DNA from: Histomonas meleagridis 2922-C6/04-290x
Taxonomy: Eukaryota; Protista; Parabasalia
Direction of reading: 5' to 3'
DNA: 64,000 nt
NCBI GenBank assembly: GCA_020184695.1
Contig: JAANOX010000004.1
Span: 316,627 to 380,626 of the forward strand
In this document: piece after piece, positions 31,951 to 43,481 of the stretch
Position numbering within the stretch: position 1 is the first letter of the stretch
Layout: every line of letters starts with the position of its first letter
Notes under the pieces: generated by a model
Seen by the model: only the letters and a program-made list of their open reading frames with translations
Told to the model about the DNA's origin: nothing
Databases searched by the model: none
Translations under genes and position numbers: made by a program

Positions 31951-33381
31951 ATGTCTATAGATAACTTAAAGAAGTTCGAAATGAAGTTTTGGCATGAAAG
32001 AAATAAATTTTATGTAAACTTTTTAAATATTGAAATTTTGGGATTTCAATTTCCCACTTTTTCAATACAACGGTGCACCGGAGAGCAAATGTTTAACTTT
32101 CTGCAGTGGCCTTCTAATAAAACATCATCAACAGAATCCCAAATTCCATTTTCGCCAACTCATCCAATGATTGCAAATTTGCCTGTTATTTCAGGTGTTT
32201 CAATTCTATCAAACGTTAATGAAAATCCTTCTTTAAATAAATTACATAACTGGTTTAAAAAATATCCTGACGTTGCCCAACACGTTTTTTTTCATGTTTA
32301 CTCTCAAACGTTAGATCAAAAGTTTTATGAATTTCGGAATTTTGCACTTACTTCGCAAATTGATGAAGGAATATCTTTAGTTTTAAATAATGAGCATCAG
32401 ATATCAGAATTAGCTCCTAGCAATTTTGCAAAGCCCGAAAAACTAAATCAACAATTTCAGAATTTAATTGAAATGAGAAAATTACATACATTAATAATGG
32501 AAAACGCTATTGCTTCAAAGCACCTTGAAGACTGTCGAATAAAATGCATAAAGACAGAACTCCAAAATTTGAATCTTAAAATCACACGATTACTATCTCT
32601 TCTCACAGCAGTGAATGCTGCTCCTCTCAGTTACATCCCTGTTGTATATTTTCAGCAACTTTCACTTACGCAAGACTTCATTCGAACACATAATAAGCAT
32701 TGCTGTATAATTGAGAATAAAATAGCCCAATTAAAACAAAACACTTCCAGCTTACATCAAGGCATGCTCAAATTAAGCCAGAAGTATCAAACCGATGAAG
32801 AAAATCAGTATCATCAGCTTGCCTATTTCCACACGTTAATTGCATCCTACAGGCAACAATATGACCAAGACAACAAGTGCATCAATCTTTCTGCAGATAT
32901 TTCTGCTTTTAGTGATTTCTTAAATCATCCAAATTCTATTGCATATCCATTAATGGCTGAATTCATGGAAACCCAAAACTCAGAATCATTTCATACCTTA
33001 GTTAAAGGATTGATCAAAAAGTTTAACATCCAAAGCAAAGAAGAAGAGCATTTAATTCACTCACTTTGTTCGATGACTGTATCGGAAACCGTAACCGTCC
33101 ATATTCAATTCTGTGGAAGTGGCACTTTTGACAACGATCAAATTTTGTATGGCATTGAATTGTTTACAACAAACGATCCACTGAATTTGTTAAAGTTAAT
33201 ATCTAATCATAATTCAGGAGATTGCAAAGCAGTAGTTGAAGAAACAGCAAACATTATGAAAATGTTTTCACCTAATTACAGACAAATTTTACTTATCATT
33301 CACGAATTCTCAATTTCGGAATATCTTTCTGAGAGAACAAAAGAACTGCGAAACGAAATTGGTAAATATATTGAGCAATAA
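31951..33381 (+). CDS. Hypothetical helical protein (up to 476 aa; start may be MFNFLQWP at about 32088)
   Basis: Long uninterrupted ORF with normal codon usage; stop in TAAA. Confidence 0.7.
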   Translation: MSIDNLKKFEMKFWHERNKFYVNFLNIEILGFQFPTFSIQRCTGEQMFNFLQWPSNKTSSTESQIPFSPTHPMIANLPVISGVSILSNVNENPSLNKLHNWFKKYPDVAQHVFFHVYSQTLDQKFYEFRNFALTSQIDEGISLVLNNEHQISELAPSNFAKPEKLNQQFQNLIEMRKLHTLIMENAIASKHLEDCRIKCIKTELQNLNLKITRLLSLLTAVNAAPLSYIPVVYFQQLSLTQDFIRTHNKHCCIIENKIAQLKQNTSSLHQGMLKLSQKYQTDEENQYHQLAYFHTLIASYRQQYDQDNKCINLSADISAFSDFLNHPNSIAYPLMAEFMETQNSESFHTLVKGLIKKFNIQSKEEEHLIHSLCSMTVSETVTVHIQFCGSGTFDNDQILYGIELFTTNDPLNLLKLISNHNSGDCKAVVEETANIMKMFSPNYRQILLIIHEFSISEYLSERTKELRNEIGKYIEQ

Positions 33382-33832
33382 ATACTTTTGTATAGCTTTT
33401 TTATTTAATTCATTTTTTACTTATGAATACAATTATAAGAGAAAGAAAGAATTGCTCATAGACCGACAACAAAATTTGAGATAAATCATAAATTTTTATA
33501 TAATTTATTACATCAGCAAATAGAAATTATAACATATGTTCAGTCCCAAAAATATGAATTAATTAAAATATGTAAAGAAAATAGGGAAAAAAGTTTATTT
33601 CGTATTAACATTCTCCTTAGTGAAGTGAGTGAAAATTGGAATATTGCTAAAATTATAAATTTAAATCTAAAAAAATTTATTAAATATATATTACTAAATA
33701 TGTTCTCTATGAATAATGCTACGGTATAGGCGTGGGTTATATTAAGGTGTCTGTGCACAGGCTTTTCTAGAGATATTATGCACTGTCATGCATTTTAAGT
33801 ATATTACCAAATACATAAGTAGTAAATGTTCG

Positions 33833-35400
33833 TTACAATTCATTCGCTTCATATAGCCATTGATCTTTATCTTCTAAAATCATTTCTTTATCCATTTCAC
33901 CAATTTCATTCGTTTGCACATCTCTGATTTCTTCTGTTTCCGTTTCTTCATCCAATTTGTTCGTCTTTTTATGACGCTTCAAAAAGATAACAACACCAAC
34001 AAGCAATAGAAGTATAAAAACTGCTGAACAAATAATTGCAATTATACGCCGTATTGGAAATACTTTTGTTGTTTGTTTCATTTTGTGTTTCAGAATAAAA
34101 GAAAAAATTTGAATAATAACTAATATATGTCGAAAATTGATAAATTGTAAATATGTAAGTTGAATTGTGTCTGAAGGTAATAAATACTTGAAGAAAAATA
34201 TGAAATAACATATGTATTAATGACAGATCTATCCAAAATACTTAATGAATGTGAAATGGATATCGCAAAAATAAATGAAAATGAATAATTTGAATTCACT
34301 AATGGATATGAATTACTGCTTCCGAATGAATTTGATTTAGTGAACGTATTTGACTACGAATATGTATTTGACTGCGAATATGTGTTACTTTGTGATAATG
34401 TATTACTCATAGTAAATGTATTTGATTGTGAATATGTGTTACTGCGTGTGAATGAAGATATTGCTGGAATACATTCATCAAATATCGTTTTGCTAATGTT
34501 AAGTTCTCCAAATGATTCACTCTCATATGATGTTGACATTACAGTAACTGTATCTATTCGTGTGTTTTGAAATGCATTCGCTCCAACAATTGGTTCACGC
34601 GTTCCATAATAATATATACATTTAAGTTGTGTACAATTAAGAAATGATGAATTGCCAATATTTTCAACATTTCCTTTAATATAAATTGATGTTAAATTCG
34701 TACAATTTTCAAATGCATAGTCACCAAGCGATGTAACTGAAGTCTGAATGCTGAATATTTTTAAACTTGAACAATAGCCAAATGCAGTTGACTCAATTGT
34801 CGTTAATTTATTTCCAATAATAATTGTTTCTAATTTAGTACAAAAATAAAGACCATATTCACAAATTGTTTCAATGTTTTCTCCAAGATCTATAGTTGTT
34901 AAACTTGAACATAGACTAAATCCATAAGCACCAATTGTTGTTAATTTATTTCCAAAAATAATTGTTTGCAAACTTGAACAATAATGAAATGCACAATATC
35001 CAATTGTATCAATATTTTCTCCAAGATTTAATGCTGTCAAACTTGTGCATTCTTGAAATGAATTAACACCAATTGATGTAATAATATTTGGGCAATGAAA
35101 TGTTATAGAATTTAATTTCCTACATCTACTAAATGCAGGATTTGGAATTTGCCTAATATTTCCTAATATTTCAACTGCTTCTAAATTAGAACAATCACTA
35201 AATGAATAATTTCCAATTTTTGTAATCGTTTCGCCAATTTCAACTGTTTTAAGGGATTCCCATTCGGAAAGAGCATTGTTTGGTACTTCTGTTAATCCAG
35301 CTGAAAAAATGATTTTTTCTGCAATAGCACTATACTTATTTTTGAAACTCGAATCTAATTTATCTTCACTGACTATTATAAGTGTTCTTGTAGTTTTATA
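33833..35400 (-). pseudogene. BspA-like LRR / Ser-Thr stalk / TM surface protein pseudogene
   Basis: Open frame from about 35390 to 34354 with 23-aa TpLRRs (IGYCAFHYCSSLQTIIFGNKLTTIGAYGFSLCSSL) and SQSNTY repeats. A TAG at 34354 is followed by frameshifts, then TM IIAIICSAVFILLLLVGVVIFL and an acidic tail. No in-frame ATG. Confidence 0.8.
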
Positions 35401-35767
35401 CTATTCTTCTGATTTTGTTCAAATGAAAAAAAATATAAATTAAAAATGGATAAAAAAATTGAATTTTAATTTTGTTGACATTATTTTTGTGATTGCAAAT
35501 GAATATAATGAATAAATTAATAAGAAAAATAAGATTTATTAAATTTAAAAATTTATTATTATGAAGAAAATTCATATTTTTTCGTTGATTTTGAAACATT
35601 TTATTAAGATCATTTTCAAATTGTTTCAACATTTTTGTTCGTGAGATATAATATTTAAAAAATTCAAATGTTTTTGCTTTAAATAAATTATTTCTTGCAT
35701 ATAATGAAATATTACATGATGAATTTATCACTAAAAATGAATAAAATTGAAATGAAAATATTTCTTC
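35022..35767. repeat. Direct copy of 21731-22476
   Basis: Near-identity; it ends abruptly 117 bp before the inverted arm B. Confidence 0.93.
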
Positions 35768-35884
35768 TTTTCACTTTTTTACCGGCCTGAGTTGAACGAC
35801 GTTCTTGTGGAAAAGGACCGTAAAATTGACGCAAAAAGTTGATTCGTATAGAAATAACGTTCTCTCATTCCGATGCCACAGATC

Positions 35885-37003
35885 GAACTAATTGTAATTG
35901 ATGAGAAAAATGATAAAATATATAATAAAATTTAATTGTTTCGTTCATTTATATTATTGATTTCTTGTTAAACTTTATATATCAAAAGAAAAAATTATTT
36001 TCTTGTTTGTTTATATTGCTTTTTTTCAATGAATTATTCGCAGAAACCTTTTTTTTGTAAAAGCTATATTAAAAATAAACCAGAAATTTTGTACATTCAA
36101 TTTTGAGAAAACGAGAGTTTTGTCTCTTGCCACGTTCATAATTTCATTTGGCATCTCATTAAAAGATTATGGAGTTCAAACACTTTTATTGTCATTGTAA
36201 TAACATTGATGTGAATGGGAAAGTGGTTGATCTTCATCATAAAACAGCATTAAATAACAAATCACTCAAAGAAATTATTCGAAATCAACAAAATTTTCCA
36301 TTACTTCAAATTAATTCTTCATCAATTTATATTAAAGATTGGAAAAAGATTTCAATCAACAAAATATCTTCTTCTAAATTTCAACTCGTTTGTTGTTTAT
36401 GTTCACAAAGCATTAATATTTATCCAATTCGAAGTAATTGTTATTTACAATTTGGGAAGAATATAATCTCAAAGAAACGAACAGATTTAATAATTCCACC
36501 AGAAATTCATGAAATTTTTAAAACATCAAAAATGAAACAATTTCACCAACATTATTATCTATTGACAAACAAAAAAAGACAGAATCTGGAATTTTTTCAT
36601 TAGAACAAGAAATGTTAATGGATGATAATGATTTTGAGTTAATGTTTGGGAATCATAGTGAAAGATTCGTTGGATCTTTTCAAGATTATTTATTTTGTCA
36701 GCCATTATAAACATTTTAAAATGTTTGAATTATGTAAGGAACAGTAAAATTAGTTTTTCCATGAATTTTTTTGTTTATTTATTTATTTATTTAAACATAT
36801 TAAATTCATAATCAATTTAATTTTTTATTTATATTGAAAATATTATTATAATATATTTTGTGTTTTGTATTTTGTATATATACTACAAGTTGTGACAAAA
36901 GCGAAATTGAAGCATAAAATTCTCTCATTGTGAGTGTAGTTAAATATTTTATATAAACATCTTTAAACATGTTTATATATGTTAATCAGCTTAAGCTTTG
37001 TAA
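35885..37003. repeat. Right arm of inverted duplication B
   Basis: Reverse complement of 29844-30977 with small indels. Confidence 0.93.
36169..36710 (+). pseudogene. Frameshifted inverted copy of the 30139..30678 gene
   Basis: Identical protein to EIHEIF, then extra 'aa' at about 36520 shifts the frame. Confidence 0.75.
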
Positions 37004-37066
37004 CCTAATAACACAACAAAATAATATTTACTTTTCATAAAAGTAATTTATTTTTTAACTTATTTA

Positions 37067-38002
37067 TTAATTTCCACAAAACTTTTGGAAATATATTACG
37101 AGTGTTATTGGGAGCAAAAATGCAAATATTGTCCATGCAACAACTTCTGTTTGGCGAACACTTGGGACACTCACAACATATTCAGAGAACGATGGAATAG
37201 CTATTCGTTGGAATGCTTCTGCTAGTGCGTGTCCTGCTTCTGAAATTTGCTTGCGACTGATTTGTTGGCACTTTTCGATGTAAGCATCATTAACAGTGCT
37301 TCCGTTTGTGAGCTGTGCATAGCCATACTCAATGGTTAAGTTCTTTGTTTGTGCAATAATTTCGGTGGCAAGTGTGGTTGAAAATGTTGTTGAGGATGAA
37401 TATGTTGATGTTGGATATTCTTTGATTATTGCATCAACAGTGGAGTTGACTTGGCTCCAGTCAAGACTTGGATATAACCCACAACCTGTTTCCCATAAAT
37501 CAAAAAGTGAAATAAAGTTATTATTATGTTTCACATAAAAATTCTTGGCATTGTCGTCACCATTGGGAAATTCATTGGTAAAAAGTTCTGTAACGTGGAA
37601 AATTGAATGCATATCACAAATTGTTGAGAGAAATACTTTGAGATTAAATACAAAGCACCATGGGCGAGTTGAATCACTCATTATTAAATGCTGTAGTGTA
37701 TCATCAATGTTGGCCAAAACATCATCAGTATCACCATGCTCAGAAATATTGAGATGTTGTTCATTGATTGGATCGCGACGGAAGTGCCAATGATCAAAAG
37801 AAGCAATGTTATAAGGTGGTTTTCTGGCTGTGTATGTAAACATTGCTCCTTCTGCTGCATTTGTGAAATGATCTCCTCCAATTTTGTAAGCATTCATCAT
37901 AAGTCTTCTATAATCCGAACTCACTGAACGCATGCCAAGTTCGAAAGCGATAGCGAGCATTTGTTCGCTCCATGAAAAAGCAAAACCTATGAACAGCCAC
38001 AT
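37067..38002 (-). CDS. S1/P1 (class I) nuclease-like membrane protein, probably catalytically inactive
   Basis: Signal peptide then W; HWHF; LKVFLSTICDMHSIFH ~ LxFLxHFxGDxHQPLH; GDDNAK ~ GDxGGN; SLFDLWE ~ NLHxxWD; C-terminal TM VVAWTIFAFLLPITLVIYF. Confidence 0.7.
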   Translation of the reverse strand: MWLFIGFAFSWSEQMLAIAFELGMRSVSSDYRRLMMNAYKIGGDHFTNAAEGAMFTYTARKPPYNIASFDHWHFRRDPINEQHLNISEHGDTDDVLANIDDTLQHLIMSDSTRPWCFVFNLKVFLSTICDMHSIFHVTELFTNEFPNGDDNAKNFYVKHNNNFISLFDLWETGCGLYPSLDWSQVNSTVDAIIKEYPTSTYSSSTTFSTTLATEIIAQTKNLTIEYGYAQLTNGSTVNDAYIEKCQQISRKQISEAGHALAEAFQRIAIPSFSEYVVSVPSVRQTEVVAWTIFAFLLPITLVIYFQKFCGN

Positions 38003-38814
38003 TTTGGAACAACGGAAAAATCTATCGTTATTGAATTAAGAATTTTTCATGTCACATGACTCTAAAGACGACATTAAAAAATCATTAAATCGAATGCAAA
38101 ACTTATGGATAAACGTATCAAATTATTATCTAAGAAAATATTCCCAGTTTAAGCTGATTTTAATATAATTCGTTTTAAATGATTGTCAAAACCTATCAAA
38201 TTTAATAAGATTACATGGAATAATTGAAACAATATGAAAAAACCAAGTGAATAATATTTTAAATTGGGATTTGATTTTTGTTGAAGGCAAAAATCAAATC
38301 CGATGTTAAATATAGAAGATGATTGTTTTTCAAACTGTATAAATATGTAATTAATAATATTATATATTTTAAATGATTATTGAATACGATATGTCATATA
38401 AAAATATTATAATATTATAATTATAGAATTATTCAAATTTATTAAAAAAAAATATCTTTCATACTAAATTTCATGAAAAAAATTATTAGAACGAATATAA
38501 AATTATGAACTTATCTATATAAATTTTATTTAATTTTAAAACTCTATTCGAATTTCGTTAAAATATTTAAAACAGCACTTATGAAATAATTTTTAAATTG
38601 TTTTACTGAAATAATGAAAATGTATGTACCTCTTTAAGAAGAAAGCCATCATGAAAAACATATATATAAAATACAAATTATAAAACATGTGTTTCTTTAC
38701 TTTCACAAAATGTTAACAATAAGAATCAAATCTTGAAGAAACATATTTTTAATTTGAAGTTGCGCTAATGTTTAAATTTAAAAATAATCAAAAATAGTAA
38801 AATCACAACATTTA

Positions 38815-40110
38815 TTATTCGTATTGTATGTGTAAAAACAAGTTATCATTCGTAATTCCATATTTTTGTTCAAGTTTATTATTTTCAGTTATTGTCAATG
38901 TTCTATCAAAACCAAAATAATAACCAGAAACATGTTGAAACACTCCATGGAACACAAGCGCATACATTCCAGGTAACAATTCCGAACAATGGAACCTTGA
39001 ATAAACCTTTGATGGAAACAATTTGTATAATGAGATTATAAACATTACCGCTTTTTGACCACTTAGAATCTTTGGGTGATCACTTGTAGATGAATACATT
39101 GCTAGCATTGCTAATGGTGACTTTGGTCCACATGTATCAATTGTAAAAGATATTTTACATGTTTCTATATCGTAAAAAGTGCCAATATTATCGGCATTCG
39201 AATTCATGAAGTTTATCGCAAAAGTGTCGAAGGGAATCTGTAAATATTTTGCAATAACAACATTGCTTTGAACAGAAGGTATATGAATTCTCCAATGAGG
39301 AACTTGTTTGTTTGCCTCCGGTTCACGCTTGACAACTTTCTCTACTGGCTTCTTTGGAGGCGTTTTTTGAAAAATTGATAAATCAAATTCTCTGTAAAAA
39401 TAAGGTTGGAAGCCAGAGTTACGGAAACGATTTTGAGAAAATTCTTTTTGTGGAAGCGGATTGTCGTAAAATGAAACATGTTCAAGATTTCGAAATATTC
39501 CTTTAATATTCAGAAAATCTTTTGTGGATTTAAGTCCATTCCCAGCAAATCTTAGATGTGTTATCGTAAGAAATCGTGTGTCTTCATCAAAGTATGAGTA
39601 TTTATAGCATTTTAAAGCAGATAAAAAAAGTAAAAAACGAATTGAATTGGATAACTTTTCTGGTTCTTCCTCTAATTCAGTCAGTACATTAAATCCACGT
39701 TGATTTAGATATGATAAATCAAGGATATTTGGATGAATTATAAGATTCCTATTAAAATCAACTTGCTCCACAAGATATTCAGTATCAACTGGTGATATAT
39801 ATAAAGGTTCACCATTAAATATTATATTATATGGAATTTCTTCTTCTAAATTACAATGACCAAAAAAAGTGAAAAATGGTAATTCTGGATCTGGGGAATA
39901 TTCAACATTTTCACTTCCTTTAACTGGATGAATTTTATGGTTTAATAATATATGAAAAATATATTTAATATCATTTTGATCAAGAACAGGACCAACAGCA
40001 TACGTTCGTGGGGGGTTTTGTTTTTTTGGAGGGAATGACTGGTCCCTAGCTGCTTTTGGTGCATTGCCCTTATTTGCAAATGGAGCAAAAGGGTTAATAT
40101 TCCCAAACAT
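38815..40110 (-). CDS. mRNA export factor Mex67/NXF1(TAP)-like (LRR plus NTF2-like)
   Basis: LRR ITHLRFAGNGLKS..NLEHVSFYDNPL; NTF2-like ..IGTFYD..KISFTID..VFHGVF..FDRTLTI..ITNDNLFLH. No C-terminal UBA/TAP-C domain. Confidence 0.65.
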   Translation of the reverse strand: MFGNINPFAPFANKGNAPKAARDQSFPPKKQNPPRTYAVGPVLDQNDIKYIFHILLNHKIHPVKGSENVEYSPDPELPFFTFFGHCNLEEEIPYNIIFNGEPLYISPVDTEYLVEQVDFNRNLIIHPNILDLSYLNQRGFNVLTELEEEPEKLSNSIRFLLFLSALKCYKYSYFDEDTRFLTITHLRFAGNGLKSTKDFLNIKGIFRNLEHVSFYDNPLPQKEFSQNRFRNSGFQPYFYREFDLSIFQKTPPKKPVEKVVKREPEANKQVPHWRIHIPSVQSNVVIAKYLQIPFDTFAINFMNSNADNIGTFYDIETCKISFTIDTCGPKSPLAMLAMYSSTSDHPKILSGQKAVMFIISLYKLFPSKVYSRFHCSELLPGMYALVFHGVFQHVSGYYFGFDRTLTITENNKLEQKYGITNDNLFLHIQYE

Positions 40111-40179
40111 CTTGGTTGAAAACCGTTAACCAAACGAATGAATCCGTAAACCATAGAAAAAACGACACTTTTCAAGCAA
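40111..40179. promoter_or_regulatory. 69-bp bidirectional promoter with M3-like motif
   Basis: Divergent ATGs are 69 bp apart. On the minus strand 'aacggttt' (40119-40126) fits the T. vaginalis M3 consensus DRCSGYTD. Similar motifs lie upstream of other starts (about 5295, 15369, 50928, 51725). Confidence 0.55.
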
Positions 40180-43100
40180 ATGAGTGGAGACCTAATAAAT
40201 GAAATCACAACACATGCAGAAAATTTATTTCCACAAGCTAAATCTGCAGTAACATATAGATCTACAATTGCATATTTTCTGCAGAATATCAGAGCTTTTT
40301 TAGATAATATTCAATCACTCAAAGATAAAGAATTATCACAAGTTGAAATACAAGCTCTTCAACGTTTTGATGGAATCATTTCTCATTTATTAAATTCCGC
40401 ACTTCCTCAACTTTCAGATCAATGGGTCTCTACTGCACTTCAATCATCGTCAACACATTTTCATCATTATATAGATAAACAAAGGAAGGCCTTGATTGAA
40501 ATATGTAATGATCTTTCATTTGATTCATCTAAAGTTGTAGTTTTTGATATAAGGCAAGATTCTGTAAATAAAGTAACCGATTTATTGGATTTAAAAAAAT
40601 TACTTCGTGATGTTCGCAAAAGAAAACTTTCGGTTCCTAACTCAGTGGGTGTTCAACAACTCATTGAAACTCGGCTTCGTTCTATATCGAAACATTTACC
40701 TAAAAAAGCAAAAAGAGGTATTAAAGAACAACAATCAACAGATGTAATTCCAATTATTGAACTTCATCGAAATATGGACAAAGAATTACAAAATTTCATA
40801 TCCAAAGATATTCCAAATGAAGATTTAGAGATTGGTGATGCACTTGGGACTGGGGGTTTTGGCACTGTTTATAAAGCTATTCGTCTTTCCACGTCAGAAC
40901 TTCTTGCAGTAAAAGAAGTTCGAAGTGATAAACTCACATTATCAGCATGGGCTTCACTTTATTCGGAAGTTGCTACAATGGCACCTCTTTCTCAACACAA
41001 ATATGTCCTTGAACTTGTTGGTGCTCATGTAACAGAGCCTTATCGAATCATAACTCGATTCTGTTCTGGAAAGTCACTTTTTGACAGATTACATCGTCCT
41101 AATTCCGGGGCACCCCTAACATCACAACGTCTTACAGCTATAGCATGTCAAGTAGCAGAAGGAATGTCATTTCTTCATTCAAATGGAATTGTTCATCGTG
41201 ATTTAAAAACAATGAACATTCTTCTTGATGGTGATGATATTGCCAAAATTGCAGATTTTGGACTTGCAGGAATGATGAAAGATAACGAAATGTTATTTGG
41301 TGGTGTTGGCACACCTCATTATACTGCTCCGGAAGTTCTTGAAAGGAAAAGTTATGGTTCCAAAGTTGATATTTATTCATATGGAATCATTCTATGGGAA
41401 ATGGCTGTTAGACAAATTCCTTATCGTGATAAATCACCACAAGAAATTTATGATCATGTAGTTAACAAAGGATGGCGTTTACCATTTACAAATAATGTTC
41501 CGAATTGTCTCAAACAAATCATTAGTCGTTGTTGGAATGTTAATCCAATAGAGCGTCCAGATTTTGATGAGATTGTACATCTTTTTAAGAGCGGCAAATT
41601 ATATTTTAATGGAAGTCAAAATCTTAATTTAGAAATTCTTGAAAGTGGTAAAGGATGTCCTCCAATTGACTTTAATTATCTAGTTTCAGTTCTTAAAGAT
41701 CCATCAAATATTCATTTTCCGAGTGTTGTAACATTTCTCGAGAAAAACATTGATTCGAAACTTAAACAACGCTTACGTGAATCGAACATCATTGATAACT
41801 ATAACTCTGATTCACCCAATCCAAGTTCTATCTTATCTATCTCCACTTTATTACTTGAAAACAGCGAATTGAAGCATTTTGTCAAAACCGTTGCCGATCG
41901 CATCATTCAAAAAGGAATTGAAAGTGACGATGTTCAATTGATCCAATCCTCTATAAAATTTTGTTTAAAAATCCCATCAAAAGACTTCAAAATTATTGTT
42001 CATTATATCCCTGACTTTATTTCACGTTCTAAGCAAGATGACACTTTATTATTTTTAGTTATACGAATTTTTTCACGTTTACCTCCAACAGATGTAACAT
42101 TTTATGAAGAAGAAATATATTTATTTTTCACCAAAATTAATTTTGAGCAAACGCCAGACCAAGAAACGCTTGAATCAATTTCGATATTAATACCGATAAT
42201 TTCCGATCGCTTAGAACAAACGCAAATTAACTCAATGATTGGGTTAATTGAGACTGATTTAAATTGTCCGATTCCATTAATAAAATATATCATTGCTAAA
42301 ACTAAGAAAGAGACAAATGTTCGCTTAGTTAAAGCGTTAATATTTGCAGCATCACATTCGAACATTACTGAATGTTTACTTGAGGTATTACAACGATGTT
42401 CTGATAAAGACATCACGAAACTTATTAAAAACAATGAAATCTTTGAACAGATACAAAATTTATTGAAAGAAAAGAAGTCTATTGATTCATCATTGTTATT
42501 ATTATTTTATTTATTACATGATGAAAATGTTCCAGTTTTATTAATTAATCATCCAATCATTGATTTAGTATTACAAGTCAAAGGACATGTTGCACAACGA
42601 TTACAAATATTTACGTTGTTATTTAGCTCCGAATTATTTTGTTCGAACACTACAATTAGTAATTCTGTGATACAATTAATTATATCTTCATTAAACATTG
42701 AGTCATTAAGTGAATACTCATTAAAATTAATTGGCGCGTTATCATTACATTCGATTGGTTGTTCATTAATTAATGAGACTGAAATGTTATCATTGTTTTC
42801 GCAAATGTTTTTGTCTTCAACTTGTAATGACTTAACAACGCAATTATTAATTTTAACAAATCTGGCTAAAGCTGAATGTCAAATACCAGAAGTATCATTA
42901 ATAATCTCTTGTTTAATGCAAGAATTAATTGTGTCAACGATAAATCGAATTAATATATTGTTCACATTAATACATTTAATAAAGTCATCCCCAAATAGCG
43001 TACAAGAACATGATATACAATACGCAATTTTGCCAATGCTGACAAAGAAACAAGAGCCAACAATTAATGTGCTGTTGTTCCAGTTACTCGACGCGTGCGA

Positions 43101-43410
43101 TATGATAATACTAAGAAATGTGTACAAAATTATTTTGGAGAAAACTTTCGAAATTTTGTCGAACTCGTTGATGATGTTCCCTGAATTGTTAAACGCGGCA
43201 ATACAGTTAATGCTGTCGTTGTCGACTTCGTTCGACTTGAATGAGTTCTTTAACAAAACAAATTTTAGAGAATTCGTAAAAGATGTTAAGTCGCAGATGG
43301 AAATATATCTGAATGAAAACGAGGGAATCAGCTCGAAGGATAAGTTCGAAAGTATTAAAGAACAAATTTCAAATTGTTCATATATACTGAATCAAAAAGC
43401 TGTCGAATAA
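40180..43410 (+). CDS. TKL-family protein kinase with C-terminal ARM/HEAT region (1076 aa)
   Basis: GTGGFGTV, LAVKE, HRDLKTMNILL, DFG, GTPHYTAPE, DIYSYGIILWE, RPDF. Confidence 0.93.
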   Translation: MSGDLINEITTHAENLFPQAKSAVTYRSTIAYFLQNIRAFLDNIQSLKDKELSQVEIQALQRFDGIISHLLNSALPQLSDQWVSTALQSSSTHFHHYIDKQRKALIEICNDLSFDSSKVVVFDIRQDSVNKVTDLLDLKKLLRDVRKRKLSVPNSVGVQQLIETRLRSISKHLPKKAKRGIKEQQSTDVIPIIELHRNMDKELQNFISKDIPNEDLEIGDALGTGGFGTVYKAIRLSTSELLAVKEVRSDKLTLSAWASLYSEVATMAPLSQHKYVLELVGAHVTEPYRIITRFCSGKSLFDRLHRPNSGAPLTSQRLTAIACQVAEGMSFLHSNGIVHRDLKTMNILLDGDDIAKIADFGLAGMMKDNEMLFGGVGTPHYTAPEVLERKSYGSKVDIYSYGIILWEMAVRQIPYRDKSPQEIYDHVVNKGWRLPFTNNVPNCLKQIISRCWNVNPIERPDFDEIVHLFKSGKLYFNGSQNLNLEILESGKGCPPIDFNYLVSVLKDPSNIHFPSVVTFLEKNIDSKLKQRLRESNIIDNYNSDSPNPSSILSISTLLLENSELKHFVKTVADRIIQKGIESDDVQLIQSSIKFCLKIPSKDFKIIVHYIPDFISRSKQDDTLLFLVIRIFSRLPPTDVTFYEEEIYLFFTKINFEQTPDQETLESISILIPIISDRLEQTQINSMIGLIETDLNCPIPLIKYIIAKTKKETNVRLVKALIFAASHSNITECLLEVLQRCSDKDITKLIKNNEIFEQIQNLLKEKKSIDSSLLLLFYLLHDENVPVLLINHPIIDLVLQVKGHVAQRLQIFTLLFSSELFCSNTTISNSVIQLIISSLNIESLSEYSLKLIGALSLHSIGCSLINETEMLSLFSQMFLSSTCNDLTTQLLILTNLAKAECQIPEVSLIISCLMQELIVSTINRINILFTLIHLIKSSPNSVQEHDIQYAILPMLTKKQEPTINVLLFQLLDACDMIILRNVYKIILEKTFEILSNSLMMFPELLNAAIQLMLSLSTSFDLNEFFNKTNFREFVKDVKSQMEIYLNENEGISSKDKFESIKEQISNCSYILNQKAVE

Positions 43411-43481
43411 TATAACTATAAAATTGTTTAATAAAAATGTTTGTTAATATAAAATGTTTTGTGTTTTAATAAGCAATTTTA

